Origin: Rhodocyclales bacterium
GTDB taxonomy: Bacteria; Pseudomonadota; Gammaproteobacteria; Burkholderiales; Rhodocyclaceae
NCBI GenBank assembly: GCA_050872585.1
Contig: JBNMHE010000001.1
Span: 1 to 42,114 of the forward strand
Direction: 5' to 3'
DNA length: 42,114 bases
Both the position numbers and the translations under genes were made by a program. The notes under the pieces were generated by a model. It saw only the letters and a list, made by a program, of their open reading frames with translations, was not told the origin of the DNA and made no database searches. Positions 27,040 through 35,376 of this stretch are shown here, piece after piece. Position 1 is the first letter of the stretch. Every line of letters starts with the position of its first letter.

Positions 27040-27871
27040 TTTTTGCCTTCCACTTATTCAAGGCACAAGTTGAAATGCGAAAGCGTTTGTTTTTTTTGGG
27101 TTTTACCCCCCCCCCCCCCATTTTGCGATGCAAAAAACCATTTTCAGCAACGCTAATTAAGGTTTTCAAAAAAGGTTGTGGGTCAATTTCAAATTCCGGA
27201 TGGTCTTTTAAAAAAGCATGAACCGCCGTCATGGGTGAATTGCCTTTGTGCCAAGGACGTGGTTCGGGAGAAGAATCTGATTGTAAAGTTTCCACAATGG
27301 TATCCAATACCACGCAATAAGAATTTTCAGAAACCAAAGGCGCATACAATTCCAATTCTTTTAAAACATGCGCAAAAGTGTGATTGGAATCCAAAAAAAG
27401 CAAAATGGTGGAATAATTTTGGGCAAAGTTTTTTACTTTTTCTGCCATTTTTAAATCAATCGAAGAACCTTCAAACATGGTAATCAAATGGCTTAAAGGA
27501 TGATTTAAAATTTCCGTTTTGTTGTGTTTTCTAATATCAATATCAATGCCCAATACTTGGCGATTTTTATTTTCTTTTTCACAATAATCAATCAATGCCA
27601 ACATAGATGCCGAAAATATTAAAGAACCGCCATGCGCAATGCCTGTTTCAATAATTAAATCCGGTTTGATTTTCCAAATTAATTCTTGCATTAAAACAAT
27701 ATCATTGGGATATTGAATAATAGGTCTGCCCAACCAATTAAAATTATAACTATATTTGTTTTTAACAGAAACATTTAAAAAATGTTCGGCACTTTGTTTT
27801 AATTCTTCATTATGCGCATAACTTAAAATGCGTTTTTGTTTTTCTAATTCAAATTCTTGAATGGGATCCAT
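27023..27871 (-). CDS. CmcI/cephalosporin-hydroxylase-family SAM-dependent (O-)methyltransferase
   Basis: WLGRPIIQYPNDIVLMQELIWKIKPDLIIETGIAHGGSLIF...FLDSNHT is the characteristic CmcI-family core. The C-terminal tail after the G14 tract (GGGGVKPKK...) is probably not native sequence. Confidence 0.7.
   Translation of the reverse strand: MDPIQEFELEKQKRILSYAHNEELKQSAEHFLNVSVKNKYSYNFNWLGRPIIQYPNDIVLMQELIWKIKPDLIIETGIAHGGSLIFSASMLALIDYCEKENKNRQVLGIDIDIRKHNKTEILNHPLSHLITMFEGSSIDLKMAEKVKNFAQNYSTILLFLDSNHTFAHVLKELELYAPLVSENSYCVVLDTIVETLQSDSSPEPRPWHKGNSPMTAVHAFLKDHPEFEIDPQPFLKTLISVAENGFLHRKMGGGGVKPKKNKRFRISTCALNKWKAKNVVFD
27106..27119. repeat. homopolymer C14 (G14 on the coding strand)
   Basis: Counted directly. 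The tract lies in the 3' end of the CmcI-like CDS, 67 nt upstream of the radical SAM ATG. Confidence 0.95.
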
Positions 27872-27941
27872 TTTATAAAAACTTTCTAATTCAACAATTT
27901 ATTTTTTGTAGATAAATAAACAAATAAAAAAACAAAAAAAA

Positions 27942-27993
27942 TCCACGGTCAACGTTTAAAAAATTTTAAAAAAATTTTGGCGTTGACCGTGGA
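27942..27993. terminator. inverted pair of the 12-mer repeat (27942-27953 and 27982-27993) after the DUF4124-like gene
   Basis: Exact complementary arms immediately downstream of the stop at 27999 on the minus strand. Confidence 0.5.
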
Positions 27994-27998
27994 TTTTT

Positions 27999-28415
27999 TT
28001 ATTCCGGAATTTTTTCCAATTCTTTTTGAATATTTTCAATGTTGCGCTGGTGTTGCGCAATGCGCTCTTGTGCTTTTTCTTGTTGCGCTTGTTTTAAGGC
28101 GCGCTCTTCGCTTTCCAATTCTTGCGACAAAATCAAACGGCGATCTTTGTCGCGCGCTTTTTGGTCGCTGACTTGCACTTTGGGAAAAGTAGGATCGGTG
28201 CCCACTTTGGCATTTTTACTGGAATAAGTTTTTTGCCCTTCTGGCGCCGGAATGCTATTGACCGGTTGCGAAGGCAAGGCTTGGCATTGTTTGTTGATTT
28301 TTTTATTGGTGATGGTGACGGCACCCGTTTCTTCATCCACACAACGATAAAGCGTTTGCGCCATCAACGGCATAGACAACATTGCCACACTTAAAATGCC
28401 AACAATTTTTTTCAT
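27999..28415 (-). CDS. secreted DUF4124-like protein
   Basis: 138-aa ORF with a signal peptide (MKKIVGILSVAMLSMPLMAQ), then TLYRCVDEETGAVTITN, which is typical of DUF4124. The C-terminal half is charged and coiled-coil-like. Confidence 0.6.
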   Translation of the reverse strand: MKKIVGILSVAMLSMPLMAQTLYRCVDEETGAVTITNKKINKQCQALPSQPVNSIPAPEGQKTYSSKNAKVGTDPTFPKVQVSDQKARDKDRRLILSQELESEERALKQAQQEKAQERIAQHQRNIENIQKELEKIPE

Positions 28416-28481
28416 TTTGTGTTCCCTCTTTTTTTAAAAAAACCTGTTTATTTTAACGGCAAAGCCGCTTGGAAATAAAAT

Positions 28482-28493
28482 TCCACGGTCAAC
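28482..28493 (-). repeat. 12-mer repeat copy (plus strand reads TCCACGGTCAAC)
   Basis: Exact match 21 nt downstream of the glmS stop. Confidence 0.95.
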
Positions 28494-28513
28494 CGTCCAT
28501 TTTTTTTTAAACT

Positions 28514-30340
28514 TTATTCCACCGTGACGCTTTTGGCCAAATTGCGCGGTTTATCCACATCCGTGCCTTTGACCAACGCCGCGTGGTAAGCCAACAGTTG
28601 CAAAGCCACCACGTGCAAAATGGGCGACAAAGCGCCGTAATGCTCGGGCAAGCGCAAAATATGCACGTGCGGGTTTTCAGCAACATCGGCATTGGAATCC
28701 GCAAAAATATAAAGCTCGCCGCCGCGCGCTTCTACTTCCTTTAAATTGGATTTGAGTTTGTCTATCAAAACATCGTTGGGTGCTACCACAATCACCGGCA
28801 TATTGGAATCAACCAAAGCCAATGGTCCGTGTTTTAATTCGCCAGCAGGGTAGGCTTCGGCGTGAATGTAGGAAATTTCTTTTAACTTCAAAGCGCCTTC
28901 TAATGCGATTGGGTAATGCCGCCCGCGCCCTAAAAATAAGGCATGCGATTTGTTGGCAAAACGCTTTGCCCACGCCACAATGGGCGATTCCAAATTCAAC
29001 ACCTTAACGATGGCGGCAGGCAAATGCCGCAATTCGTCCAAAAATTGCGATTCTTGATTTGCTGGCAACTTCCCGCGTATTTTGGCAAGCAAGAGTGTTA
29101 ATAAAAACAAAGCAACCAGTTGCGTGGTGAAGGCTTTGGTGGAAGCCACGCCAATTTCTGGCCCTGCGCGCGTTAAAAAAGAAAGCGCGCAGAGTTTGGT
29201 CATTGCCGATTCAGGCACGTTGCAAATGGCAAGCGTTTTGGGTTGATTTAAAGCCATGGCGTGTTGAATGGCGGCGATGGTATCTGCCGTCTCGCCCGAT
29301 TGCGAAATGCCCACCACCAACTGTTTGGGGTTGGCAACCGAACTTCTATAACGGTATTCGCTGGCAATTTCCACCGTGCAAGGAATTTGGGCGATGGCTT
29401 CCAACCAATAGCGCGCCGTCATTCCTGCGTGGGCAGAAGTGCCGCAAGCCAGAATTAAAACGCTTTCTACGTCTTTTAAAATAGCCAAAGCCTTGTTGCC
29501 AAAAATTGCCGCATCCAAAGTTTTTGCGGTGCCGAGAATTTCTAATGTGTCGACAATGGCTTGCGGTTGTTCAAAAATTTCTTTTTGCATGTAATGCCGA
29601 AAATTGCCCAATTCCACAGCGGCGGCAGAAAGTGCGGTTTCATAAATTGGGCGCTCAATTTTTTGGTTGGTTTTGGCACAACGAATTTCAAAGGATTTGG
29701 GCGTTAAACGCGCGCAATCGCCGCTTTCCAAATGCAGCATTTTTTTGGTGACTTGCAAAAGCGCCGAAGCATCGCTTGCGGCAAAAAAGCCATCTTCTGC
29801 CAAACCGATTAAAAGCGGCATATGTTGGCAAGCAATAACCACTTCGTGCGGATTGTTAGAATCAATCACGGCAATAGAAAACGTGCCTTCCAAATCTTGC
29901 ACGGCGCGGCAAACGGCTGAAAAAAAGTCTGTTTCGCTTTGGCAGTATGCGTGAATCAAATGCGCAATGCTCTCTGAATCGGTGTCTGATTCAAAGGTGT
30001 AGCCCAAGCCTTCTAAGCGGTGGCGCAGATTTTCAAAATTTTCCACAATGCCGTTGTGCACCACGGCGATATTTTTGGAAATATGCGGGTGCGCGTTTTT
30101 TTCACACGGTGCGCCGTGCGTTGCCCAGCGCGTGTGGGCAATGCCCGTGAAAGCTTTTAAGTTTTGTGATTCTGATTCTAATGCCACAACGCGCCCCACT
30201 GCGCGGCGGCGAACGATGGCATTATCCGAAACAATCGCCAAGCCCGCCGAATCGTAACCGCGGTATTCTAATTTTTTCAAACCTTCCAACAAGTTCGGCA
30301 CAATATTGCGCATTGCCGCCGCTGCCACAATTCCGCACAT
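28514..30340 (-). CDS. glmS: glutamine--fructose-6-phosphate aminotransferase
   Basis: 608-aa ORF with an MCGIVA N-terminal nucleophile, two SIS domains and a C-terminal KSVTVE. Confidence 0.97.
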   Translation of the reverse strand: MCGIVAAAAMRNIVPNLLEGLKKLEYRGYDSAGLAIVSDNAIVRRRAVGRVVALESESQNLKAFTGIAHTRWATHGAPCEKNAHPHISKNIAVVHNGIVENFENLRHRLEGLGYTFESDTDSESIAHLIHAYCQSETDFFSAVCRAVQDLEGTFSIAVIDSNNPHEVVIACQHMPLLIGLAEDGFFAASDASALLQVTKKMLHLESGDCARLTPKSFEIRCAKTNQKIERPIYETALSAAAVELGNFRHYMQKEIFEQPQAIVDTLEILGTAKTLDAAIFGNKALAILKDVESVLILACGTSAHAGMTARYWLEAIAQIPCTVEIASEYRYRSSVANPKQLVVGISQSGETADTIAAIQHAMALNQPKTLAICNVPESAMTKLCALSFLTRAGPEIGVASTKAFTTQLVALFLLTLLLAKIRGKLPANQESQFLDELRHLPAAIVKVLNLESPIVAWAKRFANKSHALFLGRGRHYPIALEGALKLKEISYIHAEAYPAGELKHGPLALVDSNMPVIVVAPNDVLIDKLKSNLKEVEARGGELYIFADSNADVAENPHVHILRLPEHYGALSPILHVVALQLLAYHAALVKGTDVDKPRNLAKSVTVE

Positions 30341-30424
30341 AAAAAAAATCTCAAAAAAATCAAAAAAATAAAAAAAATGAAGAAATTAAACCATAAACCT
30401 TATTTTAAAAAAAAATTAAAAAAA

Positions 30425-30511
30425 TCCACGGTCAACCCAAATTTTTTTTGCTTTTTTGAATTTTTTACAAAAATTTCACAATTTTTAAAAAAATTTGGCG
30501 TTGACCGTGGA
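30425..30511. repeat. inverted pair of the 12-mer repeat (30425-30436 and 30500-30511) in a divergent promoter region
   Basis: Exact arms 63 nt apart, between the glmS start and the MFS gene start. The pair is not downstream of any gene. Confidence 0.9.
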
Positions 30512-30555
30512 AAAATAGACAATCCGCTTTTTTAATCAACTTGTTTTTTTGTTTT

Positions 30556-31779
30556 ATGATTCGCGGCAGTTTGGGCGTTATTCTTTCCTTTGGCATGCTG
30601 TTTTTGGGCATTGCTTTTATTTTTATTGCCGATGGTTTATTGGTCAGTTCCACCGCCATTATTTTAAAAAATCAAGCGCAATGGGTCACCGGAATTATCA
30701 CCGCTTGCCTTTTTGTTGGCGCGCTTTTGGGCATTTTTTTTACGCCCAAACTCATTGCCAAAATTGGTTTTGTCAGAAGTTATGCCGTTATTAGCGCCGT
30801 TTTTGCCTTGATTACTTTAATGCACACCACAACGGACAATCTTTTTTCTTGGGGCATTTTTCGCGTGGTGGTGGGTTATTGTTATTATTCCATTGTGCTC
30901 ATTGCTGAAACTTGGCTCAACGCCCGCGCCATTGACCAAATTCGCTCGCGGGTTTTGTCGTTTTATGAAATTGTGTTTTATTTGGGGTTCATCAGTGGCA
31001 CGCTGATTATGGGTTTGGATTTGCCAACACTTTGGATTTTTATCATCGCCACAGGCTTTGTGATTTTGGGGCAAATTCCGCTCAATTTAACGTTTATTAA
31101 AGCCCCGCAAATCAAAAAATCCCAAAAAACGCCGTTTTCACTCTTTCAAATTGCGCCTTTGGCTTTAATCACAAGCATTGCGGCAGGGCTTTTGATGAAT
31201 GGCTTTTTTACGATGGCACCGCTTTATGCCATTTCTGCTGGCAAAACCACGTTTGAGGCAAGCTTATTTATGATAGTCGGGATGTTGGGCGGGCTTTGCG
31301 CGCACACTTTTTGCGGAAAAATTTCAGACCATTTTGGCAGACGCATCACCATTATTGGTTTTAGCATTGTGGCGCTTGTGGCCAGTTTGCTTCTTTTTTT
31401 AACGGAAAACACAACTTTTGGCTTTTTTGCTTCTTCTGTTTTTTTGGGGGGGGGCATTTGTGTTTTGTATTCCTTGGCACTTGCTCGCGCCAACGACCAT
31501 TTGAACGACAAAACCTTATCGGTTGAAATTGGCAAGCGCTTGCTTTTTTGTTATTTGGCAGGCTCTTTTGCATCACCCATTGTCATTGGCGTTTTTTTGC
31601 ACATTTGGCAAAGCGCAGGCTATCCCTTGTTTAATGTATTTGTCAGCGCCATTTTGCTGATTTTTGCTTTAAGCCAAAAAAACTTACCGCCCAAACAACG
31701 CAAACAATTTGAACATCACGGCGGTTTAAGTTTGATTTTTGAAAAAAATTCTCATTCATCCATTCACCATTATGATTAA
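30556..31779 (+). CDS. MFS transporter
   Basis: About 407 aa with 12 predicted hydrophobic segments. ATG at 30556 is preferred over TTG at 30541. Confidence 0.7.
   Translation: MIRGSLGVILSFGMLFLGIAFIFIADGLLVSSTAIILKNQAQWVTGIITACLFVGALLGIFFTPKLIAKIGFVRSYAVISAVFALITLMHTTTDNLFSWGIFRVVVGYCYYSIVLIAETWLNARAIDQIRSRVLSFYEIVFYLGFISGTLIMGLDLPTLWIFIIATGFVILGQIPLNLTFIKAPQIKKSQKTPFSLFQIAPLALITSIAAGLLMNGFFTMAPLYAISAGKTTFEASLFMIVGMLGGLCAHTFCGKISDHFGRRITIIGFSIVALVASLLLFLTENTTFGFFASSVFLGGGICVLYSLALARANDHLNDKTLSVEIGKRLLFCYLAGSFASPIVIGVFLHIWQSAGYPLFNVFVSAILLIFALSQKNLPPKQRKQFEHHGGLSLIFEKNSHSSIHHYD
31446..31454 (+). repeat. homopolymer G9 inside the MFS transporter CDS
   Basis: Counted directly. The tract encodes GGG in FLGGGICV and is currently in frame. 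Confidence 0.95.
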
Positions 31780-32785
31780 TTCATCTTCGCACTTTGGTTT
31801 TCCTTTGGAAACCCTTTTGATTTTCACTTTCACCATTTTGTTTTCGCTTTATTTGGATTTGTTTGCGCACCGCAAACATCAAGCCATATCCGTTCAAAAT
31901 GCCGCGTTGTGGTCTGTTTTTTGGATTAGCTTGGCATTGCTTTTTTATGTTTACTTAGGACTTCGGTTCAATTGGAATTGGGCTAATTTGTATTTGTCGG
32001 GTTATGTTTTGGAAAAAAGTTTATCTGTGGATAACTTAATGGTTTTTATGGCTATTTTCACTTCTTTTGGCATTCAACAAGAATTGCAACACCGCATTTT
32101 GTATTGGGGCATTTTGGGCGCTTTGGTCATGCGAGCCATTTTTGTGTTAATTGGCACCGGTTTATTTGCCGCCAGTCCTTTTGTTGGTTTTTTGTTTGCC
32201 GCATTTGTCATTTGGAGCGCCTTGAAAATGCTGCAAGCCTTAGGCAAACAAAATGTGGCCATTCACGATTATTCCAACCATTACAGCGTGCGCTGGACAC
32301 AACGTTTTTTTGCAATTTATCCCAAATTGTTTTCTTTTCAATTTTTTGTCAAAGATTCGCAAATTCCCAATGAAAACCGCTGCCTTTTAACGCAACAAGC
32401 CAAAATTTACGCAACGCCCGCATTTTTGTGCTTAATTGCCATTGAAGCCTCTGATGTGGCATTTGCCTTTGATTCTGTTCCTGCTGTCATTGCCGTAACA
32501 CAAGAACCTCTTTTGGTTTATGCCGCCATGATTTTTGCCATTTTGGGTTTGCGCAGCCTTTATTTTGTGCTTATTGCTTTAACCAATCGTTTGGTGCATT
32601 TGGACAAAGCCGTCATTGCGTTGTTGTTTTTTATCGGCTTAAAAATGGCTTTGCAATCCTTTAACCACGCTATTTTTGATTCTGGCTTGCACATTCCCAA
32701 TCACATCAGTTTAAGCATTGTGTTGGGCACGCTTTTTGTTGGCGTTATTTGTTCTTTTCTTTTTCCATCCCAAAAACAACCTTAA
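31772..32785 (+). CDS. TerC/Alx-family integral membrane protein
   Basis: LYLDLFAHRK, the EKSLSVDNLMVF motif and a second SDVAFAFDSVPAV motif are typical of the TerC family. ATG at 31772 overlaps the MFS stop (ATGATTAA). Confidence 0.8.
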   Translation: MINSSSHFGFPLETLLIFTFTILFSLYLDLFAHRKHQAISVQNAALWSVFWISLALLFYVYLGLRFNWNWANLYLSGYVLEKSLSVDNLMVFMAIFTSFGIQQELQHRILYWGILGALVMRAIFVLIGTGLFAASPFVGFLFAAFVIWSALKMLQALGKQNVAIHDYSNHYSVRWTQRFFAIYPKLFSFQFFVKDSQIPNENRCLLTQQAKIYATPAFLCLIAIEASDVAFAFDSVPAVIAVTQEPLLVYAAMIFAILGLRSLYFVLIALTNRLVHLDKAVIALLFFIGLKMALQSFNHAIFDSGLHIPNHISLSIVLGTLFVGVICSFLFPSQKQP

Positions 32786-32790
32786 AAAAA

Positions 32791-32849
32791 TCCACGGTCA
32801 ACCTGTTATTTTTTTAAAATTTTAAAAATTTTTGAAGGTCGACCGTGGA
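32791..32849. terminator. inverted pair of the 12-mer repeat (32791-32802, variant GTCGACCGTGGA at 32838-32849) after the TerC gene
   Basis: The arms start 6 nt after the TerC stop and are followed by a T6 run. Confidence 0.5.
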
Positions 32850-32889
32850 TTTTTTAAAATGGCTTTGAACATTGTTTGGAAAATGGCTT

Positions 32890-34209
32890 ATGAAAACCCA
32901 ATGGCAACAATTATTAAGCGCGCAACGCCAACCGTTTAAAAATACAACCGGCAATGCCGAGCGCACTTCTTTTCAACAAGATTTTGACCGCATTATTTTT
33001 TCTTCATCGTTTCGGCGTTTGAAAGACAAAACGCAAGTTTTTCCGCTTTCACATTCCGATTACGTTCGCACGCGCTTAACGCATAGTTTGGAAGCGTGTT
33101 CGGTTGGGCGTTCATTGGGCACGTTGGCAGGCAAAGCAATCATTGAACGGCACAATTTACAACACGTGGAATCCAGCGATTTTGGCGCCATTGTTTCGGC
33201 AGCAGCATTGGCGCACGACATTGGAAATCCGCCTTTTGGGCACGCCGGCGAAGATGCCATCCGTTTGTTTTTTAAAAACAATTCTTCTCTTTTGCAAACT
33301 TTTTCACCAGCGCAACAAAACGATTTTTTAAATTTTGAAGGCAATGCGCAAGGTTTTCGCATTTTAACCACTTTGCAAGGTCGGCAACAGCGCGGTTTAG
33401 AACTCACCAGCGCGGTTTTAGGCGCGTTTCTGAAATATCCCAGAGCGTCTTTTTTAAAGGAAAATTTGGCGGGCGCCTCCGCCAAAAAATTTGGTTTTTT
33501 TGATTCTGAGCGCTTGATTTTCAATGAAATCGCCCAAGATTTAAACTTAAAAAAACGCAGTGAAAACGCTTATTTTCGGCATCCACTCGCATTTTTGGTG
33601 GAAGTGGCAGACGATATTTGTTACTTAATTGTAGATTTGGAAGATGCTGCACGCTTAAACGTTGTTTCGTATTCAACTGCCGAAGAATTGCTGCGCGCAT
33701 TTTTGCCGCAAAACGAACATTTGAAAAAACGTTTAAATGCATTGGGCGACAACCAATCGCGATTGGAATATCTTCGCGCCAAAGCCATTGGTGAATTGGT
33801 CAATTGCGCCGTTGCCAGTTTTTTGGATTCCGAAAACGCTATTTTAAACGGCACTTTGGATGAAAATATTTTGCGCATTTGCCCTTTGAATGCCGCCGTT
33901 TTGGAATTGCAACATTTTGCAACGCAAAACATTTACAACGCCAAAAGCGCTTTGGAAATTGAAATTGCCGGTTTCCAAGTGATTGCGCATTTGTTGGATT
34001 TATACCACAGCGCGATGGAAGACCCTTCATTGACGCGGGAAAAAATGATTCTTTCTATTTTGCCTGCACAATTTTTACAAAACGGCAAACCCCATGAAAA
34101 TCCTTACCAACGGCTTTTAAGCGTGGTGGATTTTGTCTCCGGAATGACCGATTCTTACGCCGTTGCGCAATACCGAAAATTAAGCGGAATCGGCATTTTT
34201 TCCAATTAA
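32890..34209 (+). CDS. dgt: dGTPase-family deoxynucleoside triphosphate triphosphohydrolase (HD domain)
   Basis: FQQDFDRIIFSSSFRRLKDKTQVF, RLTHSLE, and the HD motif LAHDIGNPPFGHAGE. ATG at 32890 gives MKTQWQQLLS. Confidence 0.85.
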   Translation: MKTQWQQLLSAQRQPFKNTTGNAERTSFQQDFDRIIFSSSFRRLKDKTQVFPLSHSDYVRTRLTHSLEACSVGRSLGTLAGKAIIERHNLQHVESSDFGAIVSAAALAHDIGNPPFGHAGEDAIRLFFKNNSSLLQTFSPAQQNDFLNFEGNAQGFRILTTLQGRQQRGLELTSAVLGAFLKYPRASFLKENLAGASAKKFGFFDSERLIFNEIAQDLNLKKRSENAYFRHPLAFLVEVADDICYLIVDLEDAARLNVVSYSTAEELLRAFLPQNEHLKKRLNALGDNQSRLEYLRAKAIGELVNCAVASFLDSENAILNGTLDENILRICPLNAAVLELQHFATQNIYNAKSALEIEIAGFQVIAHLLDLYHSAMEDPSLTREKMILSILPAQFLQNGKPHENPYQRLLSVVDFVSGMTDSYAVAQYRKLSGIGIFSN

Positions 34210-34239
34210 AAAATTGTTTTTATTCAAAAAAACATTTTT

Positions 34240-34297
34240 TCCACGGTCAACGCTTTATTTTTTTTAAAATTGAAAATTTTTCAGAGTTGACCGTGGA
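34240..34297. terminator. inverted pair of the 12-mer repeat (34240-34251 and 34286-34297) between convergent genes
   Basis: Exact arms between the dgt stop (34209) and the stop at 34323 of the minus-strand gene. Confidence 0.5.
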
Positions 34298-34322
34298 TTT
34301 TTGTAAAAGAACAAAAATAAAT

Positions 34323-35282
34323 TTATTTTTTCGGGGGGGTAAAAAGCGCTTGGGCAATTTTTTGAATGTGATTTTGGGAAAAAATCGCACCCAGCGGCAA
34401 AGTTTTTGCCCAGTTCGCCACTTCAAAACAAACAGGCGCTTGAATTTGATAAAGTTCAAGCAAATGCACCAACAACAAAAAAGTCAAATGCACATCTTCT
34501 TGAAAATAACGATGCGCAAAATGCGCCACCCAAATTTTGTTGCTTTGAATCATCGGAGCCAAAATATTTTCAAATGCTGCAATAGAGTGAATTTTTTGAC
34601 TCAATTCAAAGGCATTATGAACATCGTAATGCTGAGTTAAAGGCGGCAAGGCATCAGACGAAACATGCAATTTTTTTAAAAGTTGCTGCAATTCTTCATC
34701 CATTTGCAACAACTTGTGCGAAGAAAAATCATCCCATTCTTTGTAAAAATAAATAGGATTTTCATAAGCATACTTTTGGCCAAACAAGCCAAAAAGTCTT
34801 GCGGTATGCAAAAGCGGATTAGAATTGGAAAGCGCTACATTTTCAATTTTGGGCAACAGCACAACCGGTTTTTGTAAAACCCGCTCCCAAAATGCCTTCA
34901 ATTTTTGCGGATTTTCCACTTGATTGAAAGCAAGATAATGCAAAGCACGACAAGACAAAATTTGATGATCGCGCGCAATATAGGGAACGCGCGCAAATGC
35001 AAACAACGCTTGATGATGCGGCAAAATCAAGCGCGCAAAAAAAACAAAACCATTGCTGCCCACAATAGAACCCAAAAGCGTGGTGCTTTTCAAAAAAGGC
35101 GCAATTTTTCTTAACACATTTTCAATTAAAAAACCCGGACAAGTCAGCAACACGCAATCGGCATGGTTGATTTGTTCTTCAAAATCCACCAAATGGCGCG
35201 CGGAAAAAATGCTTGAAACATTTAGTTTTTTTGCCAAAATGTTGCCCAAATTGCCGTTGCCAATGATGACGATTTTTTTCAA
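34323..35282 (-). CDS. NAD(P)-binding oxidoreductase, octopine/nopaline (opine) dehydrogenase-like
   Basis: It has an N-terminal Rossmann motif KKIVIIGNGNLGN. The central LSNSNPLLHTARLFG resembles the opine dehydrogenase L(T/S)N.N..(M/L)H motif. TTG at 35282 is the first start before the Rossmann fold, and the 47 aa upstream in the track ORF overlap the cheA end and a repeat. Confidence 0.45.
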   Translation of the reverse strand: MKKIVIIGNGNLGNILAKKLNVSSIFSARHLVDFEEQINHADCVLLTCPGFLIENVLRKIAPFLKSTTLLGSIVGSNGFVFFARLILPHHQALFAFARVPYIARDHQILSCRALHYLAFNQVENPQKLKAFWERVLQKPVVLLPKIENVALSNSNPLLHTARLFGLFGQKYAYENPIYFYKEWDDFSSHKLLQMDEELQQLLKKLHVSSDALPPLTQHYDVHNAFELSQKIHSIAAFENILAPMIQSNKIWVAHFAHRYFQEDVHLTFLLLVHLLELYQIQAPVCFEVANWAKTLPLGAIFSQNHIQKIAQALFTPPKK

Positions 35283-35347
35283 TGCTTCATTCTTTCTTTG
35301 AAAAAATTTTCTTTCAAAAAAATAAAAAAAATAAAAAAAAAATAAAC

Positions 35348-35359
35348 GTTGACCGTGGA
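35348..35359 (+). repeat. 12-mer repeat copy (GTTGACCGTGGA)
   Basis: Exact match flanked by A10 and T7 runs, 18 nt downstream of the cheA stop. Confidence 0.95.
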
Positions 35360-35376
35360 TTTTTTTTAATTGAACT

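Noticed and set aside
30341-30555. Possible cis-regulatory RNA upstream of glmS or the MFS/TerC operon (a glmS ribozyme, or a yybP-ykoY Mn riboswitch as often precedes TerC genes).
   Set aside because: No conserved ribozyme or riboswitch core sequences are visible. The TerC gene overlaps the MFS gene and so has no leader of its own. The gap is occupied by the repeat pair and A/T runs.
32890-34209. The dGTPase as a possible anti-phage nucleotide-depletion defence gene.
   Set aside because: It has the ordinary housekeeping dGTPase-like architecture and HD motif and native-looking composition. It sits between a TerC gene and an oxidoreductase, with no mobile-element or defence-island context. 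Nothing in the sequence distinguishes it from the core-genome paralogue.
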